DNA from: an uncultured Terriglobus sp.
Lineage (GTDB): Bacteria; Acidobacteriota; Terriglobia; Terriglobales; Acidobacteriaceae
Length of the DNA: 64,000 nucleotides
Assembly (NCBI GenBank): GCA_964244665.1
Contig: CAXTJO010000011.1
Span: 430-64,429 of the forward strand
Reading direction: 5' to 3'
Position 1 is the stretch's first letter. Each line of letters starts with the position of its first letter. A program made the position numbers and the translations under genes. Below are positions 31,488 through 41,353 of the stretch, piece after piece. The notes below the pieces were generated by a model. The model was not told where the DNA came from. It saw only the letters and a list, made by a program, of their open reading frames with translations, and searched no databases.

Positions 31488-31896
31488 AAAGATGATTCTG
31501 TTAGTGGAAGACGATCCCGATCACGAGTTGCTCACCATCCGGGCGCTGAAGAAATCGAACATCGTCAACGATGTTCGCATCGCACGCGACGGGGAGGAGG
31601 CCATCAATCTTTTGTTCGGACCGAATCCGATCAAGCCCCAGGTGATCCTGCTGGACCTGAAGCTGCCGAAAATTGACGGACTTGAGGTGTTGCGGCGAAT
31701 TCGTGAGAGCGAGGAAAGCCGGATGCTTCCCGTGGTGGTTTTGACTTCGTCTGACGAGGAGCGGGATGTGGTAAGAAGCTACAGCCTGGGGGTAAACAGC
31801 TACATCCGCAAGCCCGTTAACTTCACCGACTTTGCAGAGGCGACACGCCAGCTCGGCATGTATTGGCTGGTGCTGAACGAATGCCCGGCACGCTGA
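31471..31896 (+). CDS. Single-domain response regulator (Rcp1-like)
   Basis: LLVEDD, LLDLKLPKIDG, LTSS, YIRKP. Confidence 0.93.
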   Translation: MPESVKKMILLVEDDPDHELLTIRALKKSNIVNDVRIARDGEEAINLLFGPNPIKPQVILLDLKLPKIDGLEVLRRIRESEESRMLPVVVLTSSDEERDVVRSYSLGVNSYIRKPVNFTDFAEATRQLGMYWLVLNECPAR

Positions 31897-33422
31897 TCGA
31901 CAATCGACCACTGAACGTCCTTCTGGTAGAGGACAATGCAGACGATGCATTGCTGTTACAGCGACACTTGCGCCGGAGTGGTTTTTCGCCATCGATGCTG
32001 CGGGTGGAAACCGCAGACGAGATGCAAGGGGCGCTGGCGGGGAGTGCACTGCCAGACGTTATTTTGGCAGACTATAACCTGCCCAATTTTAGCGGTCCAG
32101 AGGCGCTGGTGCTGCTGCGTTCCAGCGGGTTTGATATCCCGTTCATCATGCTGTCGGGTGCCATGTCTGAAGAAACAGCCGTGTCCAGTATGCGTGCGGG
32201 CGCACAGGACTACGTTACCAAGCAGAATCTCTCGCGCCTTGCACCGGTGTTGGAGAGGGAATTGCGAGAGGTAGCCGCGCGTCGGTCGCGCGTGGCCGCG
32301 GAACTCGCGTTGCAAGCAAGCGAAGCCCGTTTTCATCGTCTTGTCGATGCCATGCCACTTGGCCTGCTGTTGAGCGACGCGACGGGTCGCATCACCTATG
32401 CGAACGCAGCGGTTTCAAACATGCTTGGCTACTCTGCTGAGCAGATGTTGCGCGGCGATGTGACGCTGGACTCGATCGGCGGTTCGACCCAACTCGCTAT
32501 ACACAACCTGGCCAGTATGGCCGGCAAGCAGCCTGCAGAGATATCGTTGGAGCGGCAGGATGGTTTGTCAATCGAGGTGCTGCTTGGAACTGCGTTTCTG
32601 AACCCGGACGAGTCACTTGAGGATTGCCAGATTGCGGCGTTTCTGGCAGACATTACCGCGCGCAAGCAGGCCGAAGAAGTGTTACGGCGAACGGAGAAGC
32701 TCGCCGTGGCCGGCCGGCTGGCGGCGTCTATCGCGCATGAAATCAACAATCCGCTGGCTGCCGTAACGAACTGCCTCTACCTTGTGCAGAGCACCGAGTT
32801 AACAATTGACGGACGCACCTTTCTGGAGATGGCGCAGAAGGAGCTGGACCGGGTGGCGCAGATCACGGTCCAGACACTGCGCTTTCATCGCCAGAGCAGC
32901 CGTGCGGTCGAGAGTGACGTCGCGGAATTGGCCGGAACGGTATTGGCCCTGTTCGATTCACGCATGCGCCGGCAGAACATCACGGTACGTCGCGACTTCC
33001 GCACACGCCGTACGCTGCTCGCATTCGAAGGTGAGTTGCGGCAGGTAATTGTCAACTTGTTAGGGAATGCGATCGATGCCTCACCCGCGGGCGGTGAGAT
33101 TGTGTTGCGCACGGCATATAGCCATCACCCGGCAATCGGGCGCGAAGGCATTACGATGACAATTGCGGATCACGGTACTGGTATGTCGTCGCAGACGCTG
33201 GAGCATCTTTTCGAGCCCTTCTATTCGACCAAGGGCATTACCGGGACAGGCCTGGGTCTATGGGTCTCGCAGGAGATTGTAGACCGCCACGGTGGTTCAT
33301 TCCAGGTGCGTAGCCGGCCGGCGACGATGGTCCAACCCGGTGGCACGGTGTTCCGTATATTTCTGCCGTTGGGTGGCGTACCGACGCCGGCACCTAAATC
33401 GCATCGGCTCGAAACTGTTTAG
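31881..33422 (+). CDS. REC-PAS histidine kinase (hybrid)
   Basis: N-terminal receiver (LLVEDN, DYNLP), PAS, AHEINNPL, FEPFYSTK, GTGLGL. Confidence 0.92.
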   Translation: MPGTLIDNRPLNVLLVEDNADDALLLQRHLRRSGFSPSMLRVETADEMQGALAGSALPDVILADYNLPNFSGPEALVLLRSSGFDIPFIMLSGAMSEETAVSSMRAGAQDYVTKQNLSRLAPVLERELREVAARRSRVAAELALQASEARFHRLVDAMPLGLLLSDATGRITYANAAVSNMLGYSAEQMLRGDVTLDSIGGSTQLAIHNLASMAGKQPAEISLERQDGLSIEVLLGTAFLNPDESLEDCQIAAFLADITARKQAEEVLRRTEKLAVAGRLAASIAHEINNPLAAVTNCLYLVQSTELTIDGRTFLEMAQKELDRVAQITVQTLRFHRQSSRAVESDVAELAGTVLALFDSRMRRQNITVRRDFRTRRTLLAFEGELRQVIVNLLGNAIDASPAGGEIVLRTAYSHHPAIGREGITMTIADHGTGMSSQTLEHLFEPFYSTKGITGTGLGLWVSQEIVDRHGGSFQVRSRPATMVQPGGTVFRIFLPLGGVPTPAPKSHRLETV

Positions 33423-33498
33423 ACTTGCTGCCGGTAATAGAAGAGGAGCACCGAGACCAATACACCCCTGTCCAGTTGATTGATACATCGACCTCTGA

Positions 33499-34353
33499 TC
33501 AATCAATGAAGTCCACGTGTGACTCCATTGGAATCACGCCGCGGTCGAACCCCTTCTGCAAGAGTTGTCGGATACCTTCACGCCCGTCGTCACCATAATT
33601 CAGAGTGCGTTCGTTCACATACATGCCAACGAAGCGATTGGCCAGGGTGGTATCCAGGTCGCGCGCAAACTGCATGGCATATTCCAGTGCCTCTGCCCTG
33701 TGGTCCAGCGCATGCTGGATAGAATCGCGCAGGGCCTGTGTTGTAATCCGCATGGTCTCCTCGCCGAGTGAACGCCGGATCGCGTTGCCGCCTAGCGGCA
33801 GCGGCAGGCCCGTTTCTTCGCGCCACCAATGCCCCATGTCCAGAATTTTGTGCAGCCCGTTCGTCTGGTACGTCAACTGGCCCTCGTGGATGATAAGGCC
33901 CGCGTCATATTGCCCGGCAACGACGGCCGGAATGATCTGATCGAACGGCACCGTCACTGTCTCCACGTCGGGCGCGAACAGCTTTAATGACAGGTATGCC
34001 GTGGTTAGCGTCCCTGGAACGGCAATGCGAACTTTCTTTATGTCGTCGAGTGAATACCTCTTGGGCGCTACGATCATCGGCCCGTAGCCATCGCCCACGG
34101 ACCCGCCACACGCCATGATCGCGTAGTCCTTTTGCAGGTAGGGGTAGGCGTGAAACGAGATCGCCGTCACGTCATAGTAGGGGTCGTGAATAGCTCGCTG
34201 ATTGAGCGTTTCGATGTCCGTCAGTACATGGGTGAATTTATATCCCGGTACGCGGACCTTGTTAGTGGCCAAGCCATAAAACATAAACGCGTCATCGGAA
34301 TCTGGACTATGCGCTATTTTGATCTCTTGTATCTCGGCTGCAATGGTACTCAT
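33499..34353 (-). CDS. mqnD: MqnD-family 1,4-dihydroxy-6-naphthoate synthase (futalosine pathway)
   Basis: HSPDSDDAFMFY, GDGYGP, IIHEGQLTY, LPLPLG, MYVN. Confidence 0.87.
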   Translation of the reverse strand: MSTIAAEIQEIKIAHSPDSDDAFMFYGLATNKVRVPGYKFTHVLTDIETLNQRAIHDPYYDVTAISFHAYPYLQKDYAIMACGGSVGDGYGPMIVAPKRYSLDDIKKVRIAVPGTLTTAYLSLKLFAPDVETVTVPFDQIIPAVVAGQYDAGLIIHEGQLTYQTNGLHKILDMGHWWREETGLPLPLGGNAIRRSLGEETMRITTQALRDSIQHALDHRAEALEYAMQFARDLDTTLANRFVGMYVNERTLNYGDDGREGIRQLLQKGFDRGVIPMESHVDFID

Positions 34354-34408
34354 GTTCTTTCGTGACTCCACACTGTATAGAACTCTGAATGGCGGCTGTG
34401 GGTTGAAG

Positions 34409-35008
34409 CTATCGGCGGCTGCGGTTTTGCCATGCGGATGCAATGCCCGCCGCGGCAAAAACTTTTACCAGCTCACCGGGAACGAATGGAAGCACCGCCG
34501 CAATAAGCGTCGCACGCGGGCTCAGTTGTAACAGCGATCCCAGCCACGCGGCACCCACCGCGAACAGCAGGGCGAACCCGGCCAATCCCGCAACGACCGC
34601 AGCAACAAAGCGAGACGGCGAGTCATTCTTTTCAAATAGCCAACCCGCCAGCGCCGCGACGAAGGGATACGCAAGCAGAAACCCGCCGGTGGGTCCCATA
34701 AGCTGCGCCGCACCACCCGGACCGAGTGGCTGAAATACCGGCAGGCCGGATATGCCTTCGGCCAAATACAAGCAGAGTGTGCCGCAGCCCAATGCCGGCC
34801 CGAACAGTAAGCCCACTAAAAGTACGGCGAGCGGCTGCAGCGTGAACGGTATCGGTGTGAAGGGCAGGGGTATTGCGACGTGCGCCGCTGCCGCGATCGC
34901 CACGCTGCCTGCCAGTGCCAGACCCACTGTACGAAGCAGTGAGAGGCCGTGCGTGTTGCTGGCCGAGCCGCCTAGAATCGAAACGGAATGCTCTGCACGA
35001 TAGGACAT
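34409..35008 (-). CDS. bioY: Biotin transporter BioY
   Basis: PFTPIPFTLQ, GLPVF, GPTGGFL, PFVPGELVK. Confidence 0.93.
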   Translation of the reverse strand: MSYRAEHSVSILGGSASNTHGLSLLRTVGLALAGSVAIAAAAHVAIPLPFTPIPFTLQPLAVLLVGLLFGPALGCGTLCLYLAEGISGLPVFQPLGPGGAAQLMGPTGGFLLAYPFVAALAGWLFEKNDSPSRFVAAVVAGLAGFALLFAVGAAWLGSLLQLSPRATLIAAVLPFVPGELVKVFAAAGIASAWQNRSRR

Positions 35009-35154
35009 ACACACCCCTTTCTCGCGAAGGCGAGCTTCATTCATTGTAAGCGAAGGCACAGCGAATGCGTGCGTTCAGCGACAGCGCGGGAAATGTCAAA
35101 AGCCTGGGCGTCTTCGCGATGCTTTTCAGTGCCGTGTTATTCGCCGACACACCT

Positions 35155-35610
35155 TTAGACTGTCGCAGTCGCTCGCTGCCAGATTCCTCGACCAGTATCC
35201 GGGTCCGACAGGTCGCCCATTGTGTCTCGCGCGTACAGCCGGTCGAGTCTTTGACGTTTCGGCCGGAACTGCCTCTGGCGCTCGGTGAACGGCTCAGACT
35301 GGGCCAGAGCGCCGCGGTATTGCCTTCGTGACGGCTGTCCGTTGAGCCATTGCTGCTTGTGCCGCAAACTTCGTCGCTCCAGGTCAATTTGCTGGTTGAC
35401 CGGTGCACGCCCAGAAGCCAGATCCATACGCGGATGCAGAGCAGGTTTGTGAAGGAGTGTTGCCGCAGGCTGGTCGAAGGTGCTCCGTGGCTCGGGTATC
35501 AGAGATTGAGCCGCTGTGCCTGGGTGTCTTCGGACTTCCAGGGCCAGCAGACCGCCGAGTACCAGCAGGCCCACGCAGCACACAACCGATACCGCCACTA
35601 GAATTGCCAT
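35155..35610 (-). CDS. Hypothetical membrane-anchored protein
   Basis: N-terminal hydrophobic helix; fills the gap between bioY and ftsB; TGnTAAGCT -10-like element just upstream. Confidence 0.6.
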   Translation of the reverse strand: MAILVAVSVVCCVGLLVLGGLLALEVRRHPGTAAQSLIPEPRSTFDQPAATLLHKPALHPRMDLASGRAPVNQQIDLERRSLRHKQQWLNGQPSRRQYRGALAQSEPFTERQRQFRPKRQRLDRLYARDTMGDLSDPDTGRGIWQRATATV

Positions 35611-35774
35611 ACGCCACGCAGCTTAGCACGCCGAAAGCGGCGCGTCTATCACTCGCGAGCCGTGTATGTCTACATGCGTTCGCGTTGGGGATCGTCTGCG
35701 TTACGGAGTGCCTTTTACGATACATCGGAAGACAAGCCCTTGCGCTCGGCGCGGTCGTGTTGTCTTCTGCTGAA

Positions 35775-36173
35775 GTGACTGCACTTTCAAAACGCCGCCA
35801 GCAAGGCAAGCGGCTCGTCTCGCGCGCCGCTACGGTGGGCGAGCGCATCTTCGGCATGCGCCGACGAATTGCAACGGTAGCGGCGGCGATTCTTGCGGTG
35901 ATGCTGGGCTACCACGTCGTGTTTGGTCGTAATGGACTGACGGCATTCGGTAACAAGCGCCATGATCTGCATGATCTGCAATCACAGGTCATGCTTTTGC
36001 AACGAGAAAATTCAGAGTTGCAGGGACACGTCGACCGGCTAACGAGCGACCCAAACGCTATCGAACACGAAGCTCGTGAAGATCTGCACTACACCCGCCC
36101 CGGTGAGGTGATTTTTACGCTACCGCCAGAACACCCACTGCAGCCCGTCGCACCGCCCAGGCCGAGTCGTTAA
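35775..36173 (+). CDS. ftsB: Septum formation initiator FtsB/DivIC
   Basis: TM then GRNG, coiled coil, IEHEAREDLHYTRPGEVIF; start uncertain (35775 GTG or 35856 ATG). Confidence 0.85.
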   Translation: MTALSKRRQQGKRLVSRAATVGERIFGMRRRIATVAAAILAVMLGYHVVFGRNGLTAFGNKRHDLHDLQSQVMLLQRENSELQGHVDRLTSDPNAIEHEAREDLHYTRPGEVIFTLPPEHPLQPVAPPRPSR

Positions 36174-36272
36174 TCAGCCACTACCCCACTCATAGGCGTT
36201 CTGTAGTAAACGCAAGTAGATTGAAGAGTGCAGCAGCGTGATGAGACGGGCGGTGCGACGTGTGTCGTCATA

Positions 36273-36731
36273 CTACTGCTGCCCACGCGAAAGATCGGCG
36301 GATGCGTTTATGGCTGTATTGTTGGGGATTCCAGCGCCGCTTGTGCTGCTCGTCCCGGCAGGCACAGAGGGCACGTCAGATCCCGGTCCGAGACCCAGCT
36401 TGATGAGTGCACGCGAATCCGGGATGAGCTTTGTCTGCCATCCGTTGTCGCCCTGCATCTTGCGCATGGCCTCGGCACTAGCCTCATCCCATTTGCCGCT
36501 CGCGGTTTGCAGGTAGCCTGCTTTTACAAGCGCCGTTTGGATTTGCGTTGCGCGTTCATCGTCAATGGCCCGCGGTCGTGTTCCTGCGCCGGTTGATGAA
36601 CTAACATGCTTTCCCTTGTGTGGCTTTGTTGCGGTTGGCCCCCGGTGATAGTGGGATGCGCTTGCAGGCAAGGCGAGCAACAGTGCGCCGACTACTGCCA
36701 GAAGGTTTGCGCGTGTGGATCGAACCTGCAT
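36273..36731 (-). CDS. Secreted peptidoglycan-binding domain protein
   Basis: Signal peptide; IQTALVKAGYL..SGKWD...AMRKMQ. Confidence 0.75.
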   Translation of the reverse strand: MQVRSTRANLLAVVGALLLALPASASHYHRGPTATKPHKGKHVSSSTGAGTRPRAIDDERATQIQTALVKAGYLQTASGKWDEASAEAMRKMQGDNGWQTKLIPDSRALIKLGLGPGSDVPSVPAGTSSTSGAGIPNNTAINASADLSRGQQ

Positions 36732-36891
36732 GGATGTTCTCCCTTGATGAAAAGACGCGACTGTACTTACCAGCACACGACTGCTAAACCGTAGCAAAAT
36801 CGTACACAGAACAGCTTCGATGGGGCAAGCTCTTGCAACGGCTGTTTCGCTACCACCCTCTTGCGGCCTATACCGGGCGGCTTGTTAGGGC

Positions 36892-36925
36892 AAACGAAAG
36901 GACCGGCAGCGCCCGCCGCCGGTCC
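36892..36925 (-). terminator. Intrinsic terminator after degP
   Basis: GGACCGGC...GCCGGTCC stem followed by TTTCGTTT on the minus strand. Confidence 0.6.
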
Positions 36926-36945
36926 CGTCGCACACGCCCTTTAAT

Positions 36946-38610
36946 TTACGGCAGAGTGCCACCGACGAAGTTGTTTGTCCGGTCACGAGCTTGGCCCGCA
37001 CGGACCACGAACACCACGTCATCGCCTGACTTCAAACCGTTAATGATGCCGCGGAAGCTTTGTGCATCTGTCACAGCTTTGCGGTTCACTTCCAGGATGA
37101 TGTCGCCCTTGCTGAGCGGATAAGGACTGAGATCTTCGGCAAATGAACCTGGCTTCACGTCAGTCACAAGCACGCCGCCGCTCAGCTTCTTTTGCTGCAA
37201 GACGTTCGCCGGAATAGCCTGCACCGTAATGCCCAGTTTGCCGAGATTTGCTTGCGCGTCGTTATCCTGAGCTCCGTTACTATCAGCTTCGTCGTCGCTC
37301 TTGCCGTTCAACGCCTGCACAGTGCTGGTACGGTCTGCAATGTTGACGGTGGCCGTCTGCTCTTTTCCGCCGCGTAGGTAGGTTAGGCGCGCAGTAGAAC
37401 CGGGCCGGCGAGCGGAGATATTAGCTACAAGGTCATCACCATCTTTCACCTGTTTGCCGTCAATGCTGGTAATCACGTCCTGTGGCTGAAGCCCTGCTTT
37501 GCCGGCGGGGCCGTCGGAACCGACTGAAGAAATGAGCACGCCGCCTTTAGCGAATCCATAGATGCGGCCGACGGCGGAGGATTGCCCAGGCTGAAACTGG
37601 ATACCGATCGAACCGCGTACTACCTTATGCTCCGGAGAAATAAGCATGTTGTAGACGTCGATGACGGTGTTCGACGGTACCGCGAAGCCCACACCGGCCG
37701 CACCACCGCTCTGGGTGAAGATCGCTGTATTCACACCGATGACTTCGCCGTGCATGTTTAACAGCGGGCCGCCAGAGTTTCCTGGATTGATCGCTGCATC
37801 TGTCTGGATGAAGCGCTGGAACTGCGATTGATTGCCCTCAATGCTGCGGTTTTTGGCCGATACGATACCCGCCGTCACGGTCTGTGACAGGTCGAAGGGG
37901 CTACCGATAGCCAGAACCCAGTCACCCAACTGTTCGGCTTCGCTGTTGCCCATCTTTACAGTCGGCAGTGGCGTCGGAGAATCGATTTTTACGACAGCGA
38001 TGTCGGTATCCTTGTCCGTCCCAACGACGTGACCGACGTGGCCCAGGTCAGTGTCCGCATCGCTCGCCAGCTTCACATAAATACGATCGGCCTTGTCGAC
38101 GACGTGATTGTTCGTAATGATGTAGCCGCGTGGATCGACGATAAAACCCGATCCCAGGGCGCGCTTTTCGCCACCGGCCGGGCCGTCCTCATCATCACCA
38201 CCGCCTTGGCCACCCTGACCGCCGAAGAAGTGGTTGAAGAAATCCTGCATGTCGCCCTGGTCGCCACCCTGGCTGTCGCCGCCCTGGCCACGCCGATTGC
38301 CGCGGCGCGGGGTCTTGGGCGCGGTGCTCTGCTTAGGTAATTGCTCAATGTTGATCTTGACCACCGCCGGTCCGACCTGCTTTGCGATTGCGGCAAACTG
38401 GTTGGTCTCAGACACCGGAGCAGGCACACGCAACGGCGTGGCATCGCGTGTATCGACCTGTCCCTGCTGCGCGCCGTGGACTGTTCCCGTCAGTACCGAG
38501 CCTGCAACAATCCCAACAGACAAGGTTCCCAGCAGGGCAAACGTGGAAAGCAGCCGATGCGCGCGGACGCGTTCGGTAAAGGACGTATGCAGGTCGTTCT
38601 TCTGGTCCAT
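36946..38610 (-). CDS. degP: Do/HtrA family serine protease with two PDZ domains
   Basis: GSGFI, TNNHV, IQTDAAINPGNSGGPL. Confidence 0.93.
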   Translation of the reverse strand: MDQKNDLHTSFTERVRAHRLLSTFALLGTLSVGIVAGSVLTGTVHGAQQGQVDTRDATPLRVPAPVSETNQFAAIAKQVGPAVVKINIEQLPKQSTAPKTPRRGNRRGQGGDSQGGDQGDMQDFFNHFFGGQGGQGGGDDEDGPAGGEKRALGSGFIVDPRGYIITNNHVVDKADRIYVKLASDADTDLGHVGHVVGTDKDTDIAVVKIDSPTPLPTVKMGNSEAEQLGDWVLAIGSPFDLSQTVTAGIVSAKNRSIEGNQSQFQRFIQTDAAINPGNSGGPLLNMHGEVIGVNTAIFTQSGGAAGVGFAVPSNTVIDVYNMLISPEHKVVRGSIGIQFQPGQSSAVGRIYGFAKGGVLISSVGSDGPAGKAGLQPQDVITSIDGKQVKDGDDLVANISARRPGSTARLTYLRGGKEQTATVNIADRTSTVQALNGKSDDEADSNGAQDNDAQANLGKLGITVQAIPANVLQQKKLSGGVLVTDVKPGSFAEDLSPYPLSKGDIILEVNRKAVTDAQSFRGIINGLKSGDDVVFVVRAGQARDRTNNFVGGTLP

Positions 38611-38807
38611 GAAGTCGTATCTTCCTTGAAAGTTGCCATGAACGCCCTCTGTCGGGTGTTCTTGCACATATAGACGCCGCTTATGGCGGATTGTATGCGT
38701 AGCGTGGTGCGGCCTGCTGCGCCACCGTGATCCCTGCGCAAAACGTCGCCATCGTCTTACGCTCCCGCCGACAGGTGCGGATGCCGGTTAGATTGTCTGT
38801 GTCAGTC

Positions 38808-40070
38808 TCAGAGGAGACCCTGGCTGGCTGATATGGCGAAATCCGCCCCCGCCGCGTCGAGCAATATCAGCAGAACGCGTCGCAGGGCCAGTTCGCGCCC
38901 GGTACTGTCAAACCACTCCGCTGTGGTGTGGATGCCGCCTGCCGTTCCGCCCGCGCCCAGCGCTATGCCGTTGATTCCGAGCGCAATGGGAATGTTTGCG
39001 TCGGTCGATCCGATACGCTCCTCCGTGCGCAGACGCAAATGCCGGTCTACCGCGCGCACAGACTGCAACAATGGAGCGTGTGCCGGAAGTTCACCCGCCG
39101 GCCTGTCGCCCACCACGGCGATCCGGGAACGCAGCCCGGCACGCTCGCCTGCGGCTGAATTCGCGGCGAGTACGGCATCCTCTACCGCGCGATACAGCGC
39201 TACCTCGCGCACCAGCAGTTCGTCGGCATCCACACTGCGTATATCCAGCAGCGCCCAGGCACTCTGGGGAATGCTGGTGAGCGACGTGCCGCCTTCAATC
39301 CGGCCCACATTCAACACGGTGCGTGGCCGGAGCCGCAAAGCATGCTTTTGTAGCGCTGCGATCGCTTCTGCCAATGCCGCGATAGGGTTCGGCGTTCCCG
39401 CATCTGTCCAGGAATGACCACCGGGGCCCGTCATTTCTAAGCGGAAACGCCGTGATCCCAGGCCGCGTGTCACGACTGTCTCGGTACCCGCACCTTCCAG
39501 TGCCAGGCTCGCGACGACCCTTGGGCCCACGCCTTCGCTCCGGAACAGGTGACGCATGCCGCGCAGGTTTCCTTCCGCTTCTTCACCGGTATTGGCGGCA
39601 AAGAGAATGTTCGTCGCCGGCACCACCGCTGCATAGCGCAGGGCCGCGATCAGGCCCAGCAGCGCTGCCAGCCCGGCACCGTTGTCGGCCGCTCCGGGCG
39701 CACGCAGAATCTGGTCTTCCTCTACGGGCTCGACGGATGTTTCAGCGGGAAACACCGTATCCAGATGCGCGGACAGCAGGACCACCGGCTCGTCCGCCGT
39801 GGGCGTGCGCAGCCATCCCAAGGCGTTCCCCGCCTCGTCTACCTCGACGTCAACCAGCCCCAGCTCACGAAATCGTTCCGCAAACCACGCTGCCCGGGGG
39901 CCCTCGCCAAATGGTGGCGCGGGAATGGCCACCAGCTCCCGTTGCCACTGGCGCAATCGCAACTCATGCAAGTGCAGCCAGTGAAAGGCACGGTGTGTGC
40001 CTGGATGCGCGGCCAACGCCAGCACACGTGCGTGCACGGCAAATCCTGTCGTGGCTGTAGTCACGAGCAC
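38808..40070 (-). CDS. M20/M25/M40 family metallopeptidase
   Basis: SAHLDTVF, GAADN, TGEE, GGHSW, GSTDAN, HT..EW. Confidence 0.88.
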   Translation of the reverse strand: MLVTTATTGFAVHARVLALAAHPGTHRAFHWLHLHELRLRQWQRELVAIPAPPFGEGPRAAWFAERFRELGLVDVEVDEAGNALGWLRTPTADEPVVLLSAHLDTVFPAETSVEPVEEDQILRAPGAADNGAGLAALLGLIAALRYAAVVPATNILFAANTGEEAEGNLRGMRHLFRSEGVGPRVVASLALEGAGTETVVTRGLGSRRFRLEMTGPGGHSWTDAGTPNPIAALAEAIAALQKHALRLRPRTVLNVGRIEGGTSLTSIPQSAWALLDIRSVDADELLVREVALYRAVEDAVLAANSAAGERAGLRSRIAVVGDRPAGELPAHAPLLQSVRAVDRHLRLRTEERIGSTDANIPIALGINGIALGAGGTAGGIHTTAEWFDSTGRELALRRVLLILLDAAGADFAISASQGLL

Positions 40071-40954
40071 TCCACCGCAAACCCCTGGTCCGTAACTTGT
40101 GCCACCGCCGCCGCAGAAGCATACTGCACACTCATCAGGAACAGCCCCTGCGGCGGCGCGGTGGGCCCTGCGGCGCTACGGTTTTGTGCGGCCAGCACTG
40201 CCGGCACGCAATCGACCGCCCGGATGCCCATGCCGATCTCTATGAACGTGCCAACAAGGTTGCGCACCATGTGGTGAAGGAACCCGCTCCCGCTCACGCG
40301 ATACAGCACTAGCCCATCGTTTTCGACCCAATCCGATGTAAAGATTGTGCGAACGTTCGTCGGTGCGGGTTCTTTTTCGCGCGTCTGACCAAGCCGCGCC
40401 GCACGATCCGGATCGAACGCCGCGAACGACGTGAAGTTGAAGGTTCCCACCACATCCCCGGCTGCGGCCTGCATGCGTTTTATGTCCAGCGCAAATCTGC
40501 AATCCCACACAAACCGCGCCTGCCACGGCATCAACGTTCGCTCTGCACTGCCTGTTGCCGGCTGTCGCAAAAATAACCGGTACTCGTACACCTTCGACCG
40601 TACCCCGGCGCGTGCATGGAAACCTGTCGGCGCATGCTCTGCCGTAACCACCCGAATGGCCGCCGGCAGCCGCCGATTCATGGCGGTACGCAGCCGGTCC
40701 GGAGGAATAGCTGCTTCCAAAGCCAGTGACACAGCCTGCGCCTCGGCATGTACACCCGCATCCGTTCGTCCGGAGCCCTGCGGCAGCACGCGTTCTCCCG
40801 TCACCTGAAAGACGGCATTCGCAAGCTCACCCTGGATGGTAGGCAGTCCGGGCTGTACCTGCCAGCCGCGGAAATCGGTGCCGTCGTAGGCAATGGTCAG
40901 CTTCCACGCGCGGAGCGGGTAGTCAGCCTGCCGTCTTTTCTCGCCATCGTGCAT
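40061..40954 (-). CDS. truA: tRNA pseudouridine(38-40) synthase
   Basis: YDGTDFRGWQ, GSGRTDAGVHA, FLHHMVR, TAPPQGL. Confidence 0.95.
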   Translation of the reverse strand: MHDGEKRRQADYPLRAWKLTIAYDGTDFRGWQVQPGLPTIQGELANAVFQVTGERVLPQGSGRTDAGVHAEAQAVSLALEAAIPPDRLRTAMNRRLPAAIRVVTAEHAPTGFHARAGVRSKVYEYRLFLRQPATGSAERTLMPWQARFVWDCRFALDIKRMQAAAGDVVGTFNFTSFAAFDPDRAARLGQTREKEPAPTNVRTIFTSDWVENDGLVLYRVSGSGFLHHMVRNLVGTFIEIGMGIRAVDCVPAVLAAQNRSAAGPTAPPQGLFLMSVQYASAAAVAQVTDQGFAVECS

Positions 40955-41219
40955 GCCCTGCCTTTCTGCCGCTTTTCTAAGACCGCCGCGCCCACAGCGG
41001 AGCCATGTATCCCTCTCTGTCGACGGTAGCATGTGCTCCCATGCAATTCTGTCTACCCACTTGCAGCAAACGCTCCGCTATACTTAGCGTGATTCTGACA
41101 GGCGAAGTCTCCGGACTCGCGAGAAAATTGAGCGGGTCATTTCCGCATCGCAGCCGCTCTATGCCGCATCAGGACACGTACCCATTGCATGCCGGAGAAA
41201 CAGAGAACTCGGCCACCGT

Positions 41220-41247
41220 GGAACTGAGTCCTTAAAGTGTGCGTACT
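41220..41247 (+). promoter_or_regulatory. ECF-sigma-type promoter upstream of tolC-like gene
   Basis: GGAACT-gagtccttaaagtgtg(16)-CGTACT, ~107 bp upstream of GTG 41354. Confidence 0.65.
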
Positions 41248-41353
41248 CGTCAGTAAAGGTGCGTGTTCGTAAGAGACAACGATATGCAGCAGCAACATGC
41301 TCGATCAGTAGACCAAGCATTCCCCGAAGTTGACCGGGCTGAAGAGAGGTAAC

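Noticed and set aside
29818-33500. Integrative island at tRNA-Lys
   Set aside because: No integrase and no duplicated tRNA 3' end (att) seen in the window
35009-35154. BirA operator upstream of bioY
   Set aside because: No convincing TGTtAAC-N14-16-GTTaACA palindrome
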